DNA of 62,949 nt, filler included. It is 7 parts of 7 records of this genome, joined end to end, with 100 filler letters (N's around TTAATTAATTAA, not from the genome) between each part and the next. Parts side by side here need not be neighbours in the genome. Positions count along the whole stretch, not along the records: positions 1 to 13,022 come from SRR31156797_17071; 6 more parts are not named here. One strand, 5' to 3'. Made by a program: the position numbers and the translations under genes. Positions 1 to 8,165 of the stretch are shown here, one piece after another. The notes beneath the pieces are model-generated. The model had not been told where the DNA came from. It saw nothing but the letters and a program-made list of their open reading frames with translations, and did not search any database. How positions within the stretch are numbered: position 1 is the first letter of the stretch; every line of letters begins with the position of its first letter.

Positions 1-54
1 GGCACAGCTCCGCCCCTTGGGTTACATTTTTGGGATGTTCCACGTTCATTTTTT

Positions 55-1293
55 TCAGGTGTTCTCTCCGTAGTACTTGGAGTAATATTTATGATAATAT
101 TTGTAATAGCCTTCTCTTTTGAGATCCACACGGTTGAGGACGATGCCCAGCAGATTGGCCTGGGCCAGTCGAAGCTGCTCCACACTGTTTTTCACCAGTT
201 CCCGATTCATGAGGCCCGCCTTGACCACGAAGACCACTCCGTCGGTCCGGGGAGTCAGGATCATCGCGTCACTGGCCGGCAGGATGGGCGGGGAGTCGAT
301 GATGAGGCAGTCAAATGTTTCCTTCAGCCGCCCAATCAGAAAAGACATTCGGCCGGATCCCATCACCTCCGACGGATTGGGTGCCCGCCTGCCCGCGGGC
401 AGCAGGAAAAGGTTTTCCGTGCGGGTCTTGATGACGGCATCCTCCATCCCCTTGCGAAGAAATGGGATTTCTTCGTTCCCCACAATGGCCCGTGTGTACA
501 CCTGGTTGAAGTCCACCGGATCGAATGAGCCCACGTCCAAATCGGAGTCATCGGATTCCAGAAAGCGAAATGTGCCGGTTTTCATCCCCAGGGCCGCGCG
601 GAAACCCTCTATCATGTGGATGGTGAGGGGGCCTTTCAGCTGGTCTTCCGTGAGAATCCCCATATTGACGATAATGTATCCCAGTTTCTGGCCGGTATCC
701 CTTTGCCGCCGGATGGCCTGGGTGGCCTGATCCGTTGTAATCAGGCCGGCCTTTCGGAGAACCGCAGCCAGTTTGTTATGATCCGGCCGGGTCATCCAGT
801 TGACGCCCCGGATACCACCCCTTACAAAGCGGATTTTGACCCCATCAACGGTATTTTCGAGGTAAAGAAGGCCGCTCTTTTTCTGAAGGGTGATGAGCCT
901 CACCAGGTCGCTGATGCTGAGATCCTCCAGGGTCCCCGCATCCACTTTTGTACTGAAAAGACCGGATATGAGCCCTGTAAGCCCGCGGGAATTGTTGGAA
1001 ACGGCAATGTTGCTGAGGACGGGCTTCCGCAGGTCCGCGTCCACCATGAGAACCCTTTTTCCAGCCTTGGCCACGGTATGGGCCAGGTTCATGACCGTCG
1101 TGGTTTTTCCCTCCGCCTGCCCTGCGCTGGTGACGAGAATGGCGCGGAACTCTTTGTCGAGAAAAGAGAACTGGATGTTGGTCCGCAGGGTGCGAAACGC
1201 CTCCGCAAATCGCGAATTTGCCGGATAGTTTTCCAGAAACGCCGTGAGGACGGAGCGTTTTTTTTGTTTGCGCAACTTGGTTTTTGATTTCAT
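55..1293 (-). CDS. CpsD/CapB-family bacterial tyrosine autokinase (BY-kinase) with internal DUF4388 + MshEN-like insertion
   Basis: N-terminal AEAFRTLRTN, Walker A TSAGQAEGKTT, Walker A' LMVDADLRKP, Walker B LIIDSPP, C-terminal Tyr cluster GYYKYYHKYYSKYYG. About 170 extra residues lie between Walker A' and B. Start ATG 1293 (GTG 1299 alternative). Confidence 0.92.
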   Translation of the reverse strand: MKSKTKLRKQKKRSVLTAFLENYPANSRFAEAFRTLRTNIQFSFLDKEFRAILVTSAGQAEGKTTTVMNLAHTVAKAGKRVLMVDADLRKPVLSNIAVSNNSRGLTGLISGLFSTKVDAGTLEDLSISDLVRLITLQKKSGLLYLENTVDGVKIRFVRGGIRGVNWMTRPDHNKLAAVLRKAGLITTDQATQAIRRQRDTGQKLGYIIVNMGILTEDQLKGPLTIHMIEGFRAALGMKTGTFRFLESDDSDLDVGSFDPVDFNQVYTRAIVGNEEIPFLRKGMEDAVIKTRTENLFLLPAGRRAPNPSEVMGSGRMSFLIGRLKETFDCLIIDSPPILPASDAMILTPRTDGVVFVVKAGLMNRELVKNSVEQLRLAQANLLGIVLNRVDLKREGYYKYYHKYYSKYYGENT

Positions 1294-1299
1294 GGGCAC

Positions 1300-2784
1300 T
1301 TATCCATATACCTTGCTCTTGGCTTTATCCGCTTCGGGCACCACGGAAAGGACCGGAAGACCCATGTACCGTTGTACGTCTTCTTCGGTGCGCAGGGAGC
1401 GGTCCATGTATTCCAGGAGAAAAGCGAGCCCCACTCCGGTCATGAGGCCGAAGATGATGCTCAAAGCAAGGTTCAGTTTCTTCTTGGGTTTTACCGGCAT
1501 CATCGGCAGGACCGCTTTTTCAACGATCCGGATATTGCTCACATCGGCGTCTTTCACCACGTTGGACTCCTCCACCTTGCTCAGGAGGGTGTCATAGAGC
1601 TTCTGGTTGGTTTTGACGCTCCTTTGAAGGATGGAGTACTTGAGTTCCTTCCGGTTGGTGCTCAGTGCCTCCTGGTCGAAGTCGGCAACGGTTTTTTCCA
1701 TGGCCTTTTCTCTCGCCATGAGCACCGCCCCTTCCGCCTCCAGGCTTTTGATCTCCTTTTGGACTTCCTGGGTCAGCTTTTTCCGGGTCTTTTCGATTTT
1801 GGTTTGGATCTGTATGATCTTGGGATGTTTTGATTTGTAGACCTTGCCCAGGCGCGAAAACTCCACTTCCGCATTCATAAGCTGGGTGTTCAGGTTGTCG
1901 ATGAGCGGGTTGGTGATGAGTGAACGCACATCCATATGACCGGATCCCGAAGCGAGGGACCGTTTCAGCTGCTGCAGCTTTGCATTCACCTCCAGCCGCT
2001 TGTTGCGGGCCTCAAGCATGGCATCGTTAAACTCGGCGATCTTCTGGGCGATGGTCTGCTGTTTTCCCTCAACGGAGAAAAGGTTTTCCCGCTGTTTGTA
2101 GGCCAAGAATGCCTCTTCCGAATCCTCCAGCTTTTTCTTGGTTTCGTAGAGTTGGTCGCTCATCCAACTGAGGGTGTTTTTGGTGGATTTAAGCCGGTTG
2201 GCCATGTTGAACTGGATGTAGGCTTTGGCCAGTGCATTGGCCATATCCATGGCCAGGGCCGGGGTGTGGTCTTCAACGGAGATTTTGAGAAGGCGCGTGT
2301 CCCTGACTTCCTCGATATCGAGGTTTTTTTTCAGGGCCTCGACCGTTTCAGTGAGCTGCTCCTCCGGGGTAGGCCGCGGCGCTTCCCGATCCAGTATAAG
2401 GCGGATGTTTTCCTTCACCTGGAGCAGCAGGCTGTTCCAGGGGCTCACATCAATATTTTCGTCGGTCCGGTCCAGTTTCAGACGCCGGATCACCTCTTCC
2501 AGGACCTGGCGGGAGGTGATCAGTTTAAAGTGGGTGTTGAAGGTGAGGGATTGAGAAACATAGCTTTCAAAATCAATCCTCTCCCCGGTGAGGGGCGATT
2601 TACTCTGTTCCTTGTCGATAACAAGGGTTGAGGTGGCACGGTAGACCGGTTTCATTTGAAAGGTGAAGAACATGGTCAGGGTGACCATGATGATCAACGA
2701 ACCGATGATGATCCATTTGTGCTTGCTGAGGATGTAGTAATACTCGGCAAGATGGGGTGATATGTCGGTTTTTTGTTTATTCAT
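1300..2784 (-). CDS. Polysaccharide co-polymerase, GumC/Wzc N-terminal (membrane/periplasmic) module
   Basis: Wzz-type N-terminus (HLAEYYYILSKHKWII, TM, PVYRATSTLVI), long coiled coil with YKSKHPKII, GNVR-like NIRIVEKAVLPMMPVKP, second TM, then EYMDRSL...LPVLSVVP. Abuts the BY-kinase. Confidence 0.92.
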   Translation of the reverse strand: MNKQKTDISPHLAEYYYILSKHKWIIIGSLIIMVTLTMFFTFQMKPVYRATSTLVIDKEQSKSPLTGERIDFESYVSQSLTFNTHFKLITSRQVLEEVIRRLKLDRTDENIDVSPWNSLLLQVKENIRLILDREAPRPTPEEQLTETVEALKKNLDIEEVRDTRLLKISVEDHTPALAMDMANALAKAYIQFNMANRLKSTKNTLSWMSDQLYETKKKLEDSEEAFLAYKQRENLFSVEGKQQTIAQKIAEFNDAMLEARNKRLEVNAKLQQLKRSLASGSGHMDVRSLITNPLIDNLNTQLMNAEVEFSRLGKVYKSKHPKIIQIQTKIEKTRKKLTQEVQKEIKSLEAEGAVLMAREKAMEKTVADFDQEALSTNRKELKYSILQRSVKTNQKLYDTLLSKVEESNVVKDADVSNIRIVEKAVLPMMPVKPKKKLNLALSIIFGLMTGVGLAFLLEYMDRSLRTEEDVQRYMGLPVLSVVPEADKAKSKVYG

Positions 2785-2858
2785 GGGTTTCCGGTTGTCA
2801 GTTGTCAGCTATGGTTTGCCCTTTGTCTCAAATTCAATGTTGGATGTTCATCTCTACA

Positions 2859-3764
2859 TCACAGCCATGTCTCCGGAACATGAATCCGGTCCCCCGGTTT
2901 CAGCGCCACGTCCGGGGCTTTTCCTTCTTTGACGTCATCCAGGTCCACCTCGATGACGGTTTGTTCGCCGTTTTCCTTACGGATGATCTTGGTGCGGTTG
3001 GGCGCGGCGAATTTGGCAAATCCGCCCGCCAGGATGCACACGTTCAAAGCGGTGAGACCGGGCTGATAGTCGTAAAGCCCGGGTTTTTCTATTTTGCCGC
3101 CCACATAGATCTTGCTTCGGGCCAGATTGAGTGCCTTGCGAAGTGGCAGATGGACCACATCGCCCGGGTTGAGGGATACGTTGGCGCTCATGTCGCCCCG
3201 GTCCAGCAGGCTTTCCAGGTCCACGCTAATGGGTTTTTTGTGGGAAAGGATATCTTTGATGGTCTTCCCATCCGCCAATTCGCTGGTGGACCCGCGCAGT
3301 ATGTAGGCCACATCACCCCGCTCCGGCACAACCCCGCCGGCCCTGGCGATCAGTTCCATGAGGGTGGTGCGTGAGGTCATTTCATAAAGCCCCGGCTGGT
3401 TGACGGCACCGGAAATGAAGTACTGAAGGCTGTGGTATTCGGCGATGCGGATGTTGACTTCAGGATCCACGAAATAGTCTTTTGACAGGGGGCGGGTGAT
3501 GCGGTCTTCAAGCTGTGGAAGGGTCAGCCCCGCTGCCTTCAGGGAACCCACGAAGGGCACACTGATCGTCCCCTTGGCCGATACGGTCAGATCAACCTCC
3601 TGCTGTTTTTCTCCGCCGGCGTAAATGGCCAGGGTAAGGACATCCCTTGGACCAATGATGTAGGCCTTGCTCTGAGCCGGGCATTGAGGGGGAACCGCAA
3701 GGGCGAAAACCTGTATGAGAAAGGTGGCGGCAATGATGCCTATGATGTTTTTTTTGGCTGTCAT
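2859..3764 (-). CDS. OPX polysaccharide export protein (Poly_export + 2 SLBB), lacking the C-terminal Wza OM helix
   Basis: YIIGPRDVL, VSAKGTISVPFVGSLKAAGLTL, two SLBB repeats (ISGAVNQPGLY, VGGKIEKPGLY). Ends LKPGDRIHVPETWL. Confidence 0.9.
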   Translation of the reverse strand: MTAKKNIIGIIAATFLIQVFALAVPPQCPAQSKAYIIGPRDVLTLAIYAGGEKQQEVDLTVSAKGTISVPFVGSLKAAGLTLPQLEDRITRPLSKDYFVDPEVNIRIAEYHSLQYFISGAVNQPGLYEMTSRTTLMELIARAGGVVPERGDVAYILRGSTSELADGKTIKDILSHKKPISVDLESLLDRGDMSANVSLNPGDVVHLPLRKALNLARSKIYVGGKIEKPGLYDYQPGLTALNVCILAGGFAKFAAPNRTKIIRKENGEQTVIEVDLDDVKEGKAPDVALKPGDRIHVPETWL

Positions 3765-3842
3765 AATGCAGGGTTACAGGTTACGGTTTTTCGTTTTTTT
3801 ATTTGCATATTCCGGGTCATCCACCATTCCATGTTCATATGA

Positions 3843-5087
3843 TTATTTCCCGCCCACATCATATTGAAATTCAAGCTGGGCCATGATGGTTTTGTCTTCG
3901 TAACTGCGTCCGGCGATATTTGAATTCCGCTTTTCGTACCCGGGCTTGATGGACAGGGTGAACCATCGCAGGAACATGTAACCGATTTTGAAGTAGGCCT
4001 TGTAGGTATCATCGTCCCGCAGGGCCGTACTCCCTGATGCGGTGACGCCCTCCCAGAATTCGTATTCGCTTTTCTGGTAATAGCCATTGAATTCGACCGG
4101 GATCCTTTCCATGAAAATATGACCGGCTTTGAGGGTAATCCGGGTGGCCTTGAAGTAGCTCTCTCTCAGGCCCTGATCATTGAAATCCCGGCTTCCCATG
4201 AGACTTACAAAGCTCCGCTTCCGCTGCACCGACAGGAGCGGGCTGATGAGGGCCGGCTCCGTGGCAAGTTCAACACCAAGACGCCACGGCACCACATTGA
4301 TGCTCTCCAGGCCTTCTTGGCTGAAAGACCGGGACTGGTATCCTGCGCCCGCCTCCAGTGAAAGGTATTGAAACTTCTGATTGAATGTCAGCATGGCCTG
4401 GTTGGACAGGTAGTCGGATGTGTTCTTGCTGTAATTTCTGCCCCAGATCTCGTAACCTAAATCCAGGGAGGAGGTCTCGGAAATATTGTATATGAGATCC
4501 AGAAGCCCCCTGTTTTCAATGGAGTCTTCCATGTACGATTCGGTGTAGTCGGTGATGGTGTTCCGGTAGCGCAGCCCGGCGGTGAAGCGATCGGAAAATT
4601 CGTAGAAGGCAAACGGCTCCACCCGGTTGATAAAGTATTTTTCCCGCAGGGTCGAATCGCTGTATATGTCTGACTGGGCGGGATCACGGGTCAGATAAAA
4701 ATCTTCCCGGACCCCCGCCAGGAGTCTTTCCTGGAGCTGCCGGGTGGAAGCCAGCAGTTGCAGGGTGTGCCCCAGATAATTATCGTCCGAGGCTTTTTGG
4801 ATCCCCGGAGAAGGGGCATCCCTGTCACTGTACATGTAGCCGTTCATGGTGTAGTCCAGAATAATCTGACTTTTATCGGTCTCGTAGCCGAAGCTGACGC
4901 CGGGCTGGATCAGGTAGGTGAAGACTTCTTTTTCGTTGGTTTCCGCCCACCAGAAGTTGCTGTCCGACTGCCAGCTCACATTGATGTGGGGTTTGATGAT
5001 AATTTTACCTTCGCCGGCAAAGGATTTTTGATAAGGGGCTGACAAAAAGAATAGAAAAATGACGAATAATATTGATTTATTTTTCAC
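3843..5087 (-). CDS. Outer-membrane beta-barrel, polysaccharide-export associated (BBP2/TIGR03016/EpsX-like)
   Basis: Signal peptide after GTG 5087 (GAGGA RBS upstream), DSN motif near the N-terminus, alternating aromatic strands, C-terminal YEKRNSN...LEFQY. Directly upstream of OPX. Confidence 0.8.
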   Translation of the reverse strand: MKNKSILFVIFLFFLSAPYQKSFAGEGKIIIKPHINVSWQSDSNFWWAETNEKEVFTYLIQPGVSFGYETDKSQIILDYTMNGYMYSDRDAPSPGIQKASDDNYLGHTLQLLASTRQLQERLLAGVREDFYLTRDPAQSDIYSDSTLREKYFINRVEPFAFYEFSDRFTAGLRYRNTITDYTESYMEDSIENRGLLDLIYNISETSSLDLGYEIWGRNYSKNTSDYLSNQAMLTFNQKFQYLSLEAGAGYQSRSFSQEGLESINVVPWRLGVELATEPALISPLLSVQRKRSFVSLMGSRDFNDQGLRESYFKATRITLKAGHIFMERIPVEFNGYYQKSEYEFWEGVTASGSTALRDDDTYKAYFKIGYMFLRWFTLSIKPGYEKRNSNIAGRSYEDKTIMAQLEFQYDVGGK

Positions 5088-5145
5088 TGTATCCTCATAT
5101 ATTTCATGAACCGGTTTATAAACTGAAATCCTCAATTTTTACCAG

Positions 5146-5163
5146 GCGCGGGTTAACCCGCGC
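5146..5163. repeat. Perfect 18-bp palindrome GCGCGGGTTAACCCGCGC (intercistronic hairpin)
   Basis: Read directly. Lies between the Ala/Pro-rich gene and the beta-barrel gene, with no U-tract. Confidence 0.7.
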
Positions 5164-5217
5164 TTCATAGATCATTTACGGGTAACATTCCTGATGAAAG
5201 GGGTGGATGCCCATTCA

Positions 5218-5898
5218 TCAAACCGGGCTCGCCGGTGGAAGGTCGGTAATGGGCGGTTCCGCATCAACAACCGGCGGATTGAAGGCGGCCGGACCAGGGG
5301 GAGCTGTGCCGGGGAGAGGCGCTTCATAGGCCTCCTCAGCGGCAGCCATGCTGGCGCCTGTGGCCACTGCCGTCTGCTGGGTGGTGGTGTTGGTGGCCTG
5401 GCTGGTTGTTGCCGATGCCAGCAGGGCATCGGCGGCGGCGACCGTATCGGGGTCGGTACCGGTGGCGGCTATCATCTCTGCTGCGCCGACAATCATGCTA
5501 AGGGCCTCCCCGACGCCTATGGAGGCATTCAGGGCCGCCTGGGCAAGTTCCGTATCGCCGGTGTCCGCCGCAAGGGCCGCCATTTGAGAGACGAGTTCCG
5601 CTGCTTCATCGGCCAATAAAAAGGCCTCCCGGGCCGGGGACAGGTCCACGGTTTGAAGGGCCCGGGTCGCTTTGAATTTGGCTGCGGCGCAAAGGGCTTC
5701 CGCCCGGGCAATTTTCTGTTCAGGGGTCAGGGCCGACAGCTCCGCGGGGGTCAGCTCCGGCGGGAGAGGGGGCGCCGCGGGAACCCCGGGAGACGGCTCC
5801 ACGGCCGAAACCGGGATGACTGAGAAAAACAGGGCCGTGAGGAGAGCCATGGCCATGCCGGCAAAACCCTTTTTACGGGCTGGAATGTTTTTTGACAT
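5218..5898 (-). CDS. Secreted Ala/Thr/Pro-rich protein of unknown function
   Basis: Strong RBS AGGGAGG before ATG 5898. Signal peptide (ARKKGFAGMAMALLTALFFSVIPVSA), Pro-rich ends, Ala-rich helical core, Thr-rich tract, C-terminus EPPITDLPPASPV. Confidence 0.8.
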   Translation of the reverse strand: MSKNIPARKKGFAGMAMALLTALFFSVIPVSAVEPSPGVPAAPPLPPELTPAELSALTPEQKIARAEALCAAAKFKATRALQTVDLSPAREAFLLADEAAELVSQMAALAADTGDTELAQAALNASIGVGEALSMIVGAAEMIAATGTDPDTVAAADALLASATTSQATNTTTQQTAVATGASMAAAEEAYEAPLPGTAPPGPAAFNPPVVDAEPPITDLPPASPV

Positions 5899-6009
5899 AA
5901 TATCCTCCCTATTCATAATCCAGCAAAAGTATTGTTTATGTCTGAATCCATTTCCTTGTGCGCTGCTTTACATTCGAGATGGAGATCCGAATTGTCAGAC
6001 CACTCATAG

Positions 6010-6025
6010 TGCATATTTGATGCCG
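6010..6025 (-). promoter_or_regulatory. Candidate sigma54 (-24/-12) promoter for the secreted protein and export operon
   Basis: Minus strand CGGCATCAAATATGCA = GG-N10-GC, about 110 bp upstream of ATG 5898. A bEBP gene is in the locus. Confidence 0.6.
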
Positions 6026-6162
6026 CGTTAGCGGTTTTTTGAAAAAAATGGATTTTGCGGGTTTTAATACTGAAAATGAAAGGAATATTTCCGGAAAAAA
6101 ATATGAGAGGGGGTTGATCAGGATAGAGAAAATCCAAAAAAGTGCCGATTTTGAACAAATGT

Positions 6163-6182
6163 TAGCGCCACTTTTTACTCAC
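6163..6182 (-). promoter_or_regulatory. Candidate bEBP upstream activating sequence, copy 1
   Basis: Minus strand GTGAGTAAAAAGTGGCGCTA, closely similar to 6647-6666, about 140-160 bp upstream of the 6010-6025 promoter. Confidence 0.45.
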
Positions 6183-6206
6183 CGTTACATTTTATTCTGC
6201 ATTGGG

Positions 6207-6458
6207 TTAACTTTTACCGGGATTATTGATTAAGAGTTCATGATTGATTTCGATATCCGCCTCCGCTTTGAGATGTGCTATCCGCTTCTTGAGACTGTTC
6301 CTCCATCCCAGGATACGTTCAAATTCGCCGTAGGTAAGATTGCGGCCGTTAATCCTGGCCAGTTTTTCGGTTTTTTCCTGTCCCGCCGTTGAAATCATCA
6401 GAAACGAGAGGGACAGAAGAATAACGGTTATACAAATAGTACCATTTTTTATGGTCAT
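6207..6458 (-). CDS. Small secreted SurA/PrsA N+C-terminal-like protein (internally shortened relative of 11753-12328)
   Basis: Hydrophobic N-terminus. LARINGRNLTYGEFERIL and LKAEADIEINHELL match both ends of the 11753-12328 protein. Start ATG 6458 or GTG 6485. Confidence 0.6.
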   Translation of the reverse strand: MTIKNGTICITVILLSLSFLMISTAGQEKTEKLARINGRNLTYGEFERILGWRNSLKKRIAHLKAEADIEINHELLINNPGKS

Positions 6459-6505
6459 GTAGGCATAACGCTTTCGAGGATTCACTTCCCGGTATCATGA
6501 AAAAA

Positions 6506-6522
6506 AGCATAAATCAGGCCAA
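6506..6522 (-). promoter_or_regulatory. Candidate sigma54 (-24/-12) promoter
   Basis: Minus strand TTGGCCTGATTTATGCT = TGGC...GG-N10-GC...TGCT, upstream of the small SurA-like ORF. Confidence 0.65.
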
Positions 6523-6646
6523 ATTTCCCGACTTCCGGCATAAAGATGCTTGCATGGTATAACATGCGGATATAAATAGAAATATTTGAATAAATCTTTG
6601 TGGATGGATCTTTTGGGCGGGGAGGATTTCAGGAAAAGTTTCGAAT

Positions 6647-6666
6647 GTGAGTAAAAGTTAGCGTTA
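6647..6666 (+). promoter_or_regulatory. Candidate bEBP upstream activating sequence, copy 2
   Basis: GTGAGTAAAAGTTAGCGTTA, about 130-145 bp upstream of the 6506-6522 promoter. Confidence 0.45.
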
Positions 6667-6737
6667 TTTGTTGGTCAAAGGGTATCTGTTTTTTCAGGAA
6701 GCCGGGCCTGGGAAACCCCCCGTATCAAGGTCGGAAT

Positions 6738-8165
6738 TCAGTGGTTTGCAAGGTCGTATTTGGCGATCCTGCGTCGCAGGGAACTGTAGCTCATACCCAA
6801 GAGTCGGGATGCCTTTCGCCGATTCCATTTTGTTTTGTCAAGGGCCGTTGCAATGGCATTGATTTCGGTATCGCGAACCGCATCGGCGACACCCGACGGT
6901 TCGCCTTCCCGCAGCAAATTTCCATTCAAGGCGTTGAGACTATGGGGGGTGCCCCCTTCAAGGATCCATCGCCGGATGAAGGCTTCGAGTTCGCGGACAT
7001 TACCGGGCCACTGCTGTTGTGAGAGTAACAAAAGGGTTTCCACCGGCATATCCATCCGGGGCCGGTTGAATTCGCTGCGGTAAAGGCTGCAGAAGTGCTT
7101 AACGAGAAGGGGGATGTCTTCTTTTCTTTCTCGAAGGGGCGGCAGATGGAGAGAGTACTCATCCAGGCGGTAGAAGAGATCGGCCCTGAAACGCTGCTGA
7201 GCGATGCGTTCCCTGATGGGCGCATTGGTGGCGGCAACGATTCGAAAGTCCACCGTTATGGTCTTGGTACTCCCCACGGGTGTAAAACATTTATCTTCAA
7301 TGGCCTGAAGGAGCTTGGCCTGAAGGTTCATTGGAAGATCACCGATCTCGTCGAGAAATACCGTACCGCCGGAGGCCAGTTTGAAACGCCCGGGTTTACT
7401 TTTTTTCGCGCCCGTGAAAGCCCCGGCTTCGTGTCCGAAAAGTTCGGATTCCAGGAGCGCTTCGGGAATGGCCGGGCAGTTGATTTTTACAAAAACATTC
7501 GGATCCCGGCCTGAGGATTCATGAATGAGCCGCGCCACCACATCTTTGCCGGTACCGCTCTCTCCCAGGATGAGCACCGCCAGATCGGTTGGAGCCACCT
7601 GGGCCACAAAATGTCTCACCTGCCGCATCCCCTCGCTTTGACCCACCAGGGAGTCCGATGCTTCCAGGCGGTGTTCAATCCCCCGCTTGGCGGCAACCAC
7701 TTCATCTTTAAGGCTGTCACGCTCAATGCGAAGCTGTTCCACCAGAAAACGGTTTTCCACGATCAGCCGGCGCCGCTCCAGTGCCCGCTCAATGATTCGC
7801 AAAATGACATATCGGTCGGCCGGTTTACACAGATAGGCGAACACATGATTTTCGATGGCGGCGAGGGAGGATTTAAGGGAGGGAAATCCCGTGAAAACAA
7901 TCACTTCCATGTCAGGATCTATTTTTTTCAAGCGCTCAATGGTTTCGATGCCGCTGAGGCCCGGCATTTTTAAATCCACAATGGCGGCTGAACAGACCTC
8001 CGATTCAGCGATGTTCAGTGCCTCACGGCCATTCGCCGCGGTCTTTACCGACAATCCCGCGCGGGAAACAATCTCGGCCAGGAATGTGGATACCCGTATT
8101 TCGTCATCAACGACCAGGATTGTTTCTTTTTGCATTTTATGATGACTTTCTTGTTTTTGCTTCAT
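6738..8165 (-). CDS. NtrC/AtoC-family sigma54-dependent response regulator (REC-AAA+-HTH)
   Basis: REC (ILVVDDE, VDLKMPGLSG), Walker A GESGTGKD, ESELFGHEAGAFTGA, FLDEIG, WPGNVREL, Fis-type HTH. Confidence 0.95.
   Translation of the reverse strand: MKQKQESHHKMQKETILVVDDEIRVSTFLAEIVSRAGLSVKTAANGREALNIAESEVCSAAIVDLKMPGLSGIETIERLKKIDPDMEVIVFTGFPSLKSSLAAIENHVFAYLCKPADRYVILRIIERALERRRLIVENRFLVEQLRIERDSLKDEVVAAKRGIEHRLEASDSLVGQSEGMRQVRHFVAQVAPTDLAVLILGESGTGKDVVARLIHESSGRDPNVFVKINCPAIPEALLESELFGHEAGAFTGAKKSKPGRFKLASGGTVFLDEIGDLPMNLQAKLLQAIEDKCFTPVGSTKTITVDFRIVAATNAPIRERIAQQRFRADLFYRLDEYSLHLPPLRERKEDIPLLVKHFCSLYRSEFNRPRMDMPVETLLLLSQQQWPGNVRELEAFIRRWILEGGTPHSLNALNGNLLREGEPSGVADAVRDTEINAIATALDKTKWNRRKASRLLGMSYSSLRRRIAKYDLANH

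Noticed and set aside
2793-2808. GTTGTCA tandem duplication between OPX and Wzc genes
   Set aside because: Only about two copies, too short to interpret.
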